Source of the DNA: Candidatus Desulfobia pelagia
GTDB taxonomy: Bacteria; Desulfobacterota; Desulfobulbia; Desulfobulbales; SURF-16
Direction: 5' to 3'
NCBI GenBank assembly: GCA_014382295.1
Contig: JACNJZ010000171.1
Span: 37,027 to 101,026, forward strand
DNA length: 64,000 nucleotides
A model generated the notes under the pieces. That model was not told the DNA's origin, searched no databases, and saw only the letters and a list, made by a program, of their open reading frames with translations. The translations under genes and the position numbers were made by a program. Positions 56,266 to 64,000 of this stretch are shown piece after piece; position 1 is the stretch's first letter; every line of letters begins with the position of its first letter.

Positions 56266-57710
56266 TACTCAACCTCAAAAACTTTTAAAAGAGACTGGGA
56301 GAGCGGGATTATTTCATCATCGCCCACGGTTCGCATATCCAAAAGCATTCGCTCATTCTCGACCCTGCCAATAACCGGCAAATCTGCTCCCCGCAATTTG
56401 CTCTCGAACTCACTCAACTTGAGAGTCCGGGGCCTCAGAACAACTGCACGGCTGGGAAGACCCTGCTCAGGCATGGCGCCGCCCCCCACTCTGGATTCAA
56501 CCGCTGCAGTATCAACTTCACAATGAGCGGACAGTGTTTTTTTCAAGCGCCGCACCAACCGCCTTGCCCGTCGCTCAATAACATCAAGGGGCATAGCCAT
56601 CATTGCAAGTGTAGGAATAGTCTCCCGTTTGTCCTCATCAAAATAAAGTCTGAATACCGCCTCCAGTGCAGCCAGGGTAAACTTATCGATACGCAACGCC
56701 CTGTTCAGATGATTTTTCTTGATACGGTCAATTATCTTTTTACGACCGACTATCAACCCGGCCTGGGGCCCGCCAAGAAGTTTATCACCGCTGAAAGTCA
56801 CGACATCGACACCAGCCCGTATGACATCCTGAACCGTTGGTTCTTTTTCCAGACCATACCGGCTCAAATCCACAAGGCTTCCACTACCAAGATCATCCAT
56901 GACCGGTATTTTATGCTTTCTTCCGAGACTTACCAGATCCTCCAAAGGCACTTCCGAGGTAAAGCCGATAATTCGATAATTACTCATATGAACCTTGAGA
57001 AGCAATGATGTCTCTTCGGTAATAGCCTCCTCGTAATCCTTCAAATGAGTGCGGTTGGTAGCACCCACCTCCACAAGACTCGCACCACTTTTTTTCATCA
57101 CCTCGGGAATCCGAAAGGAGCCACCAATCTCGACAAGCTGCCCCCGGGAGACAATGACCTCTTTTCCCTTTGAAAGGGTTTCAAGAACGAGAAGTACTGC
57201 AGCAGCATTATTATTGACGACAAGTCCAGCCTCTGCACCGGTCAACTCACACAGCAGGTCCTCCACCAGGGAGTACCGGCTGCCTCTTTTCCCCGTGGTA
57301 AGGTCAAACTCAAGATTCGAATAACGGCTCCCAACAGTCGCCAACCCGGCCATTGCTTCCGGCGGAAGGAGAGAACGGCCCATATTGGTATGGATAATAA
57401 CTCCGGTAGCGTTAATAACCCTGCGAAAATTCGGGGCCATTTTCACCGCTAACCGTTTTTTCAATTCAGGCACCAGAACTTTTTGGGTCAGATCCTCGAT
57501 CTTCCTGCCAGCTCCAGACAAAATGGCCTCCCTTTCCCCAGCAAGGAGTTCACGAACGGCTGCCTTCAGGAATGCCTTTGGAGCCTCCACATGTTCTTCA
57601 ATCCAGCCCAGGCACTCATCAACTTTGGGGATAGCCCGCAATTTCTTTTTTATAGAATCCGAATACCCCTCTGATTTGCTCGATTCTGCCATCCTGACTT
57701 TCTCCTCCAT
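56265..57710 (-). CDS. selA: L-seryl-tRNA(Sec) selenium transferase
   Basis: 481 aa. PLP-lysine region VVTFSGDKLLGGPQAG and typical SelA N- and C-terminal domains. Confidence 0.92.
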   Translation of the reverse strand: MEEKVRMAESSKSEGYSDSIKKKLRAIPKVDECLGWIEEHVEAPKAFLKAAVRELLAGEREAILSGAGRKIEDLTQKVLVPELKKRLAVKMAPNFRRVINATGVIIHTNMGRSLLPPEAMAGLATVGSRYSNLEFDLTTGKRGSRYSLVEDLLCELTGAEAGLVVNNNAAAVLLVLETLSKGKEVIVSRGQLVEIGGSFRIPEVMKKSGASLVEVGATNRTHLKDYEEAITEETSLLLKVHMSNYRIIGFTSEVPLEDLVSLGRKHKIPVMDDLGSGSLVDLSRYGLEKEPTVQDVIRAGVDVVTFSGDKLLGGPQAGLIVGRKKIIDRIKKNHLNRALRIDKFTLAALEAVFRLYFDEDKRETIPTLAMMAMPLDVIERRARRLVRRLKKTLSAHCEVDTAAVESRVGGGAMPEQGLPSRAVVLRPRTLKLSEFESKLRGADLPVIGRVENERMLLDMRTVGDDEIIPLSQSLLKVFEVE

Positions 57711-57859
57711 TATATTTGCCTGGATCTTATTATGCGTGTACGACCTAGATGATTATTTTCAAGGTTCATTTATAATAATTGCAACAATTTGCTCCTCCAG
57801 TCAACCCTATCCGCAATTATAGGGAAAATGATAAACCAATCCCCACAAGAAAAGCAACA

Positions 57860-57912
57860 GGCGCTACCCCAAGGTAACGCCTGCATGTCACATTTCGCTA
57901 CCCACGGGTAAC
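57860..57912. promoter_or_regulatory. Pair of imperfect palindromes (GCTACC-N4-GGTAAC), candidate enhancer sites upstream of a sigma54 promoter
   Basis: Site 1: GGCGCTACC-CCAA-GGTAACGCC (57860-57881, 8/9 arms). Site 2: GCTACC-CACG-GGTAAC (57897-57912). The centres are 34 bp apart, 65-115 nt upstream of the -24 element. Confidence 0.4.
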
Positions 57913-57975
57913 AAACAGAAACCGCTTCCAGCCGAACACTTAGCGGCACAAGCTGTTATACATATTGGCACATAC

Positions 57976-57991
57976 CTTGCTGTATAGTGTC
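57976..57991 (+). promoter_or_regulatory. Near-consensus sigma54 (-24/-12) promoter facing the helicase gene
   Basis: The plus strand reads TGGCAC-ATACC-TTGCT. All ten core positions of TGGCAC-N5-TTGC match. Intergenic, 220 nt upstream of helicase ATG 58211. Confidence 0.55.
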
Positions 57992-58210
57992 ACATCTGCA
58001 TTATCAAGGACAACGATCCAGATAAGCACGAACACCATGGCATTACTTTCCATCAAAACACCCGGCACAAAAAAATACGCCGCCGAAAACTGGAAAAAAG
58101 GAATGCTCCGAGGTAAAATATATATTGTCATTTCGTTACAATCCACTACACAGAAACATTCTTCGACTTCAAAGCAGACTGCATTTCAAGAAATCATCTA
58201 AGGAGAAAGT

Positions 58211-59560
58211 ATGAAAAATCCCACCCTGGCCGTTGCAAAAGAATGCCGCCTGAGTGGGATCCCTCAAGCTCTTCTCCAGGAAATTAAAAAGAAACTCACA
58301 CTCACAAACCCCAAATATCGCGATGCCGTCAAATATGGCAGATGGATCGGCAAAAATCTCAAAAAAGAACTTCATTTTTATACCATGGTCGGGGAAACGA
58401 TATGCTTCCCCCGCGGGTTTGGCAATGAATCCGTCCGAATCTGCCGGAATCATGGTATTCGCCTCCAGATAGAAGACCAGAGAAAAACCAGAACACCCCA
58501 GCATCTTCGTTTTCACGGCAATTTGCGCCCCTACCAGGAAAAAGCTGTAAATTCCGCCCTTGCCCGTGATTTCGGCGTTCTTGAAGCAGCGACGGGAAGT
58601 GGAAAGACAGTTATGGCCGCCGCTCTTATTGCCCAGCGCAGCCAACCGGCACTCATCCTGATTCACACCAAAGAACTGCTTTACCAATGGCAGGAAAGAA
58701 TACGCACTTTCCTGGAAATTGACCCCGGCCTCATGGGCGACGGCCACAACCAAATTCAACCCGTCACCATCGGTCTGATCCATACCGTCCGCAAACATCT
58801 CGACACACTCCCTGAATCCTTTGGACACATAATCATTGATGAAGCCCACAGAACACCAAGTTCCATGTTCACTGAAATCATCAAAGAGTTCGACTGCAAA
58901 TTCATGCTCGGCCTTTCAGCAACACCATTCCGCCGTGACGGCCTCACCGAACTGATTCACTGGTATATTGGCGATCTTGTTTGCCGGGTATCCGAAAATG
59001 AACTCAACAGGAATGGCGCGGTCCTCAAACCCCGCATTATTCAGAGGGAAACTTCTTTTTCTTATCGATATCGGGGAAATTACCAGGATCTCATGGCCGC
59101 ACTCACCACCGACAACAACCGGAATTGCCAGATAGCCGATGATGTGACGGCTGACATCAGAAAACATGACGGAACAGCCCTTATCGTTTCAGATCGCATT
59201 GAACATTGCGAAGCACTGACGTCACTTCTCAAGGAAAGGAATGTCAAGACCGCGACATTAACAGGCAGAGTGCCCGGCGAAGAGAGGAACTCCATTGTCA
59301 ATGCTGTCCGAAACGGCGAAATACAGGCTCTCGTTGCGACGATCCAGCTTATAGGGGAAGGATTCGACTGCTCGGGACTGACCAGCCTCTTTTTAAGCAC
59401 GCCAATCAAATTCTCAGGACGGCTCACCCAGGTCATAGGCCGCATCCTCAGACCAGCCGAAGGAAAACAGCCCACTGTCTACGACTACATTGACCCGGTT
59501 GGCGTCCTCAAATCATCTGCCCAGGCACGGCAATTAACATATGAAAAACAGAATTTATAA
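58211..59560 (+). CDS. Superfamily 2 DEAD/DEAH-box helicase (type III restriction Res / XPB-like core) with an N-terminal ~100-aa domain of unknown type
   Basis: 449 aa with a strong SD (AAGGAG). Walker A AATGSGKT, DEAH box IIIDEAHR, motif III SATP, motif VI QVIGRILR. Confidence 0.85.
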   Translation: MKNPTLAVAKECRLSGIPQALLQEIKKKLTLTNPKYRDAVKYGRWIGKNLKKELHFYTMVGETICFPRGFGNESVRICRNHGIRLQIEDQRKTRTPQHLRFHGNLRPYQEKAVNSALARDFGVLEAATGSGKTVMAAALIAQRSQPALILIHTKELLYQWQERIRTFLEIDPGLMGDGHNQIQPVTIGLIHTVRKHLDTLPESFGHIIIDEAHRTPSSMFTEIIKEFDCKFMLGLSATPFRRDGLTELIHWYIGDLVCRVSENELNRNGAVLKPRIIQRETSFSYRYRGNYQDLMAALTTDNNRNCQIADDVTADIRKHDGTALIVSDRIEHCEALTSLLKERNVKTATLTGRVPGEERNSIVNAVRNGEIQALVATIQLIGEGFDCSGLTSLFLSTPIKFSGRLTQVIGRILRPAEGKQPTVYDYIDPVGVLKSSAQARQLTYEKQNL

Positions 59561-59630
59561 AACAGCGTCAAAAGATACTAAGAGAACAAGGCATTAAACA
59601 GATCTGTCACATGTTGATTTCCCGTTAACA

Positions 59631-60566
59631 TCAATCCCTTTGGGGACTCTGTGTTTCGGTGGTGCAATCCTTCCCTTCTATTGCATTATTAAAGAAGCGT
59701 TGTGTTGGATATGCAAAATCAATATCAGTGCACTCAGAAAACTTCACAAGGATATCTTCCCATATGGCCTGGTTACTCCCTCTTCTTTTTCTTGGCGATA
59801 TGAGGTAACGCATTGTGAGCATGACTCCACAGTCTTTTACCGACGTGTAAACCGTGGGTGTCAGCTTCGTATAGAAAATCATATAGCGTTTGCTTGCCTC
59901 TTTCACACGTTCTTCAGCTACTGTAGTTAAATCCGCCCCATGTTTTTCACTTAAATCGAGCAAAATCTGCTTGGCTTTTTTCCAGTTACTTTCAAAGGTG
60001 ACAAGGACAGGAATCTCGTTCCATATATATTCAAATCCTCTGGAGTAATTTGCAATCGCCTCATCAAGGATCATACTGTTGGGAAGATGAATAACGCGCC
60101 CGGTACTTTGATCCGCATCTACCCAGTTGCCAATTTCCATCAGAGTAAATTTAAAAACACGGATATCCACCACATCCCCTCTGTATTGACCGATCTGGAT
60201 ACGATCACCTACACTAAAAGGCTGCCTCCAGAGGACAAAAACCCATCCAGCAATACCTTTGACAAGATCCTGGAGGGCAATAGCCAAACCAGCTGTAACC
60301 AATCCGAGAAAAGTTGTTATCGAATCAATACCACTAAGCCACAATCGGCCGACCAGAATAAAACCGAGGACAAACGAAATATATACAGATGTTTTATTCC
60401 ATCGATACCTGGTGTGAGCTTTCTCTGTATGTTTCCAGATAACATGAACAACAAGGGTCCGCACCAGTGACAGAACAACAATAATCAGGATAGAGGCAAA
60501 AAATCGCTGCTGAAACTCTGGACCCAGGCCTGTTGCCTGCTCGACCCAATTCATAATCTTATCCAT
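59631..60566 (-). CDS. Small-conductance mechanosensitive channel (MscS family)
   Basis: 311 aa. Three N-terminal TM helices followed by the MscS beta-domain PFSVGDRIQIGQYRGDVVDIRVFKFTLMEIGN. Confidence 0.85.
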   Translation of the reverse strand: MDKIMNWVEQATGLGPEFQQRFFASILIIVVLSLVRTLVVHVIWKHTEKAHTRYRWNKTSVYISFVLGFILVGRLWLSGIDSITTFLGLVTAGLAIALQDLVKGIAGWVFVLWRQPFSVGDRIQIGQYRGDVVDIRVFKFTLMEIGNWVDADQSTGRVIHLPNSMILDEAIANYSRGFEYIWNEIPVLVTFESNWKKAKQILLDLSEKHGADLTTVAEERVKEASKRYMIFYTKLTPTVYTSVKDCGVMLTMRYLISPRKRRGSNQAIWEDILVKFSECTDIDFAYPTQRFFNNAIEGKDCTTETQSPQRD

Positions 60567-60670
60567 AATAAGCCCATAGTTGCATTATTACTATCCTCGC
60601 TTACGCCAAGCAGAACCAACGACACTAAAGCCTTCTCTTCTCGGCGTCTTTATAGTGAGATACTGGGGAC

Positions 60671-63600
60671 TTATAGCTTTACATCAAAATCCATGACAGC
60701 ATCGGGGAAGAGGAAAACAGGGCGCTTTACCGTCACTGTAATCAGGTCCCCATAATTTCTATACAAAAGAGACAGCTTGATATCATCGATGGTTTTAATT
60801 GTCTCACCATCAACTGACAGGATAATATCTTTTTCCTTCAAACCCGCGTCCCCAGCACCACTGTGTCCATGGGAAAAACCGGCAATTATCATCCCCTCAT
60901 CCCCTTCTTTCAGCATGACTCCCAGAAGCGGAGACAGTTTCCTTGCGATCGGCGGCGAGAAAAAGGCATAATCAGCGGCTTCTTCCTCCAGATCGTTCTC
61001 TTTCACATTGACCACCACTGCCTGTTCGACATCAATCCGACGAGCCACCCGGGGAGGCATTCCTGTGTCCTTATAGACATGTCCGGAACCAACAAGCACT
61101 ATCATCTTTTTCTCGGGGTTCTCTTTGAGGTAATCGGCAACACTCTCAGCCATGGTTTCATCCCAGAGAGCCTGAGCCTGAATAAAATGTACCATCTTAT
61201 CAGCGCTGAAATGGGGGCCGCTATGGCTGGCAAATGCTCTGCCAAGCCTTTCCTGATAACCTGGCAACCCAAGATCCCTCTCCTCAGGAAGCCCCTCTTT
61301 TTCCTCTTCCGACAAGCCGCTTATTCCTCCCTTGCGAAAGGTATTGCTGACTATCTCTTTGTCCAGGTTCAAGGCAACAACCGGCAATCCGTTCCTGCGG
61401 GCAAAGACCATAATATCCCGATAAAGACGGTAATCGTACCCCCAGTTTTTAAAATAACTCGACTCACTGATAAATTCGCGCTCTTCCAGCTCTCCATTTA
61501 CATATTTATCCAGTGCCTCCTGGGCACTTTTATTAAACATCTCCATACCGATCGCAAGGTCGGGATAACGCTTATGCATGGCCCTGACAACCCGGAGCTG
61601 GAGCAGGTGATCCGCCTGGTTCACATGTGTCTCCCCAACATAAACAACCCTGGAAGAAGCCAGGCTGTCCATAATAGACTCAAAGCTTTTCCGCTTCTCC
61701 ACAGCAACACCCATGGGAGACTCATCAAGCTCATACTCCTGGCCCTGGGAGGTTTGGGGAATTCGTTTTGTCTCAATGGTTCCATCCTCAAAATGAAGGT
61801 AACCATATTTCCCGTAATGACGAAGCTTTGCAGTAACGGCGGCAACCTGCTCACTGTCTGCGGCTGTCATCAGAACGGCAATACCATTTGCCTTTACCGG
61901 ATTATCACGGACCTCAAGGGTAAAACCTGTGGCCGGCATCGCCGGGGCGGCAAAAATTGACCGGCACGCCTTTGAGGTTGTCCCTAGAAAGAGTATTGCC
62001 TCACCGGTAAGCTGTTCATCCTTGAAATCTTCCTCACTCACCAGGCTGACACCTATACCTGTCAACATATCTTTCATGGGTGCAAAAACATCTGCAGCAT
62101 CATCAGCCACAACAGCTATCTTTTCTTCAGCCCCCTGAAAACGCGACCAGACCGGCGGTATTTCCTCTGCAGACAGCTTCCTCATGACGTCATAATCCGG
62201 ATCAACAATTAATTCCCGAGGATAACCAGGAAGATCCATACTCACCGGAGTACTGGCACCGGTTGTTTCAACTACTTGTTCAATTATTCCATCTTCCGTT
62301 TCGACCCTGACAGGAACAGAAAGGGCATATACCTCTTTATTTTTCTGCACCAAGTCAAACGTGAGAACCGTTGCCCCCTCCCCCTCTTTAATATCAATCC
62401 TGGAGGCAATAAGATCGGGGACATCGGGCCTATCCAGCCATTGTTCAAAAAAAGATGCCAGTTCCCCCCCGGAGGATTCTACAAAAGCTTCTTCAAGCTG
62501 CTTCCAACCGGTATTTTGATATGTATTTTTTTCATAAAAAAGGCGAAGCCCTTCCCTGAACGCTTCCGGCCCAGTTTTCTGCCGCAGCATATGAAAAACC
62601 ATACTGGTCTTATTATAGCCCACAGCCCGACTTGCCTGGCTTTCCGGACTGTGATCACCGGCACTTTTAAACATCCGAACGGCCATCTCATTATCATCAG
62701 CAACATGACTCATATACTTGACCATCTGTCCTTTTCGAAAGATGGCACCTTCGCCCACATCTTCCTTAAAGGCGTGATCTGCCAGATACGTTGCCAATCC
62801 TTCGCACCAGTTTCCCTGCTCGTAGTCAACATTAACGGCATTGCCAAACCAGCTGTGCAACACTTCATGCCCCAATGATGTATCTACTATGAAAGGCAGA
62901 CGGACCACACTCTGCCCCAGCAAGGTGAAAGTGGGCATGGCAAATCCGGTGGGGAGCCGATTTTCAACAATAGAATAACGGGTGTAAGGATACGGGCCGA
63001 TAAGTTTTTCATACCGCTCCAGGTACTGTTTTGTTTTCATCCTGTACTCGGCAGCCAGATCCTTGTCTTCAGGAAAAAAATAGGATGAAAGAACTTTCCC
63101 ATCGCCAAACTCTTCCTGTTCAACAACATAGGGCCCGGCAATAAAATGAACAAAGGACAGCGGGTGGTTAAAAGAAAAACGTACTTTCCTGCCGTCGGGT
63201 GTCTGCTCAGCAGTAATATCTTCGGCTTCGGAAACCGCTGAAAAATCGTCAGGAATAAGTGCAGTCACCTCAACCAGATTTTTTCCGACGGGCAAGGGAT
63301 ACCAGATATCGAGGAGAACAATTCCCTTTGCAGAAAGAAGGCTGCGCTGGGCCTCTTCACCTTCAGAAAAGACGCCGCTATATTGCATGACCACTTCCTG
63401 TCGGGATGGAGCCGCCGGAATAATGAGCAGCCCATCTGCATCAGGCTGCACATCTACTGGCACATTACCAGCCTGAATTTCCTCGATTGCAAGTGATCCA
63501 GTTCTCAAGACAACATCCTGACCTGCCTCCAGAGTAATACGGGACTCACCGCGCAATGTGTTTTTCGCAAGATCAAAAGACACCGACACCCTGCTTGTAA

Positions 63601-63718
63601 GTATTTCACCAGAGGCCCAAGCCACCGACAAATCAGTATGCCAAAAAGCTGCAGCAATAAATAACAGTAATATATGACGGAAATATGCCACAAAGGGCTT
63701 TGAAGAGTTTGCTTTCAT
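60671..63718 (-). CDS. Secreted 1015-aa fusion protein: M1-family (gluzincin) peptidase domain + ChaN/Tiki-like (DUF399) domain + C-terminal PDZ
   Basis: Signal-like N-terminus. HEXXH-X18-E zinc site (LGHEVLHSWFGN...NWCEGLATY). ChaN-like VVYVGETHVNQADHLLQLRVV...GMEMF. C-terminal PDZ (GMIIAGFSHGHSGAGDAGLKEKDIILSVDGETI). The GAMEN exopeptidase motif reads GFAMPT. Confidence 0.82.
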   Translation of the reverse strand: MKANSSKPFVAYFRHILLLFIAAAFWHTDLSVAWASGEILTSRVSVSFDLAKNTLRGESRITLEAGQDVVLRTGSLAIEEIQAGNVPVDVQPDADGLLIIPAAPSRQEVVMQYSGVFSEGEEAQRSLLSAKGIVLLDIWYPLPVGKNLVEVTALIPDDFSAVSEAEDITAEQTPDGRKVRFSFNHPLSFVHFIAGPYVVEQEEFGDGKVLSSYFFPEDKDLAAEYRMKTKQYLERYEKLIGPYPYTRYSIVENRLPTGFAMPTFTLLGQSVVRLPFIVDTSLGHEVLHSWFGNAVNVDYEQGNWCEGLATYLADHAFKEDVGEGAIFRKGQMVKYMSHVADDNEMAVRMFKSAGDHSPESQASRAVGYNKTSMVFHMLRQKTGPEAFREGLRLFYEKNTYQNTGWKQLEEAFVESSGGELASFFEQWLDRPDVPDLIASRIDIKEGEGATVLTFDLVQKNKEVYALSVPVRVETEDGIIEQVVETTGASTPVSMDLPGYPRELIVDPDYDVMRKLSAEEIPPVWSRFQGAEEKIAVVADDAADVFAPMKDMLTGIGVSLVSEEDFKDEQLTGEAILFLGTTSKACRSIFAAPAMPATGFTLEVRDNPVKANGIAVLMTAADSEQVAAVTAKLRHYGKYGYLHFEDGTIETKRIPQTSQGQEYELDESPMGVAVEKRKSFESIMDSLASSRVVYVGETHVNQADHLLQLRVVRAMHKRYPDLAIGMEMFNKSAQEALDKYVNGELEEREFISESSYFKNWGYDYRLYRDIMVFARRNGLPVVALNLDKEIVSNTFRKGGISGLSEEEKEGLPEERDLGLPGYQERLGRAFASHSGPHFSADKMVHFIQAQALWDETMAESVADYLKENPEKKMIVLVGSGHVYKDTGMPPRVARRIDVEQAVVVNVKENDLEEEAADYAFFSPPIARKLSPLLGVMLKEGDEGMIIAGFSHGHSGAGDAGLKEKDIILSVDGETIKTIDDIKLSLLYRNYGDLITVTVKRPVFLFPDAVMDFDVKL

Positions 63719-64000
63719 ATTATAGTTCCTTTCTTAGACATTAAGGGGATTTTGAAAAACTTATATTAAGTATTGGAGTCCCGGCCTACGGGAAGAGTTC
63801 CATATTATCCATATGACTGATAATTTTGCAACCGGCCTTTCAATAAATACAGACAGCAGGAATCTATTTACCCTCAAGTATATTGACTGGACGTTTTCCT
63901 GTAATTACTGTTGATGGTAAGGAGTATACAAAAAAAGCGAGCAGCTGTCGGCCGTTAGCTTTTAAAATAATCTTAAAAAAATGTCGTTGAGCTGATCGCT

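Noticed and set aside
56265-57710. Selenocysteine recoding (in-frame UGA plus SECIS) in genes near selA, or in the HdrA-like qmoA/qmoB
   Set aside because: All neighbouring ORFs are continuous with no split at an in-frame TGA. qmoA and qmoB read through without interruption. There is no evidence for a selenoprotein gene in this window.
58037-58201. 54-aa ORF (MALLSIKTPGTKKYAAENWKKGMLRGK...) between the sigma54 promoter and the helicase, whose stop overlaps the helicase SD
   Set aside because: No SD precedes its ATG and it has no recognisable features. It is mentioned only as a possible leader peptide and not called as a gene.
58169-58849. 226-aa minus-strand ORF overlapping the 5' third of the helicase gene
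   Set aside because: It is antisense to a gene with unambiguous SF2 helicase motifs (AATGSGKT, DEAH). It has no SD, and its sequence has no recognisable motifs. Typical shadow ORF.

Overview
This 64-kb chromosomal window is transcribed almost entirely on the minus strand. By gene content alone (no search was possible) it looks like a Desulfobulbales-type sulfate-reducing or sulfur-metabolising Desulfobacterota genome.

Layout, left to right:
- 1-9.4 kb: the 5' ~3.4 kb of rpoB, then rplL-rplJ-rplA-rplK-nusG-secE, tRNA-Trp, rpmG (hand-translated, below the ORF-track cutoff), tuf, and a tRNA Thr-Gly-Tyr-Thr cluster.
- 9.5-17.2 kb: the dissimilatory sulfate-reduction core, transcribed aprB-aprA-qmoA-qmoB-qmoC.
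- 17.5-34.6 kb: a YkgJ-type Cys-cluster protein on the plus strand, a TM/GAF/PAS histidine kinase, a 3-gene module (5-haem cytochrome c, Tat-exported 4x[4Fe-4S] protein, NrfD-like membrane protein), ftsH, two small paralogous membrane proteins, a sigma54 enhancer-binding response regulator, two PAS histidine kinases and a B12-type radical SAM protein.
- 34.8-51.9 kb: a dcw cluster, mraZ-rsmH-ftsL-ftsI-murE-murF-mraY-murD-[61-aa Zn-ribbon ORF]-murG-murC-murB-ftsQ-ftsA-ftsZ.
- 52-64 kb: a Sel1-repeat protein, a LOG-family protein, selA translationally coupled to a TPR/degenerate-GGDEF protein, an SF2 helicase, an MscS-like channel, and a 1015-aa M1-peptidase/ChaN-Tiki/PDZ fusion.

I saw no rRNA, CRISPR array, transposase, integrase or prophage signal.

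Most noteworthy observations:
1. Three good -24/-12 sigma54 promoters. They precede the small-protein pair, the cytochrome/FeS/NrfD module and the helicase. The first two share upstream sequence modules and sit next to the only enhancer-binding protein gene in the window.
2. The dcw cluster has no ftsW and no ddl. A tightly packed zinc-ribbon micro-ORF sits in the ftsW slot, and the FtsI homologue has a degenerate transpeptidase plus a PASTA domain.
3. The aprA-qmoA spacer is structured, and the mraZ operator is very clear.

All functional calls rest on motifs I could read in the translations. No database search was possible.
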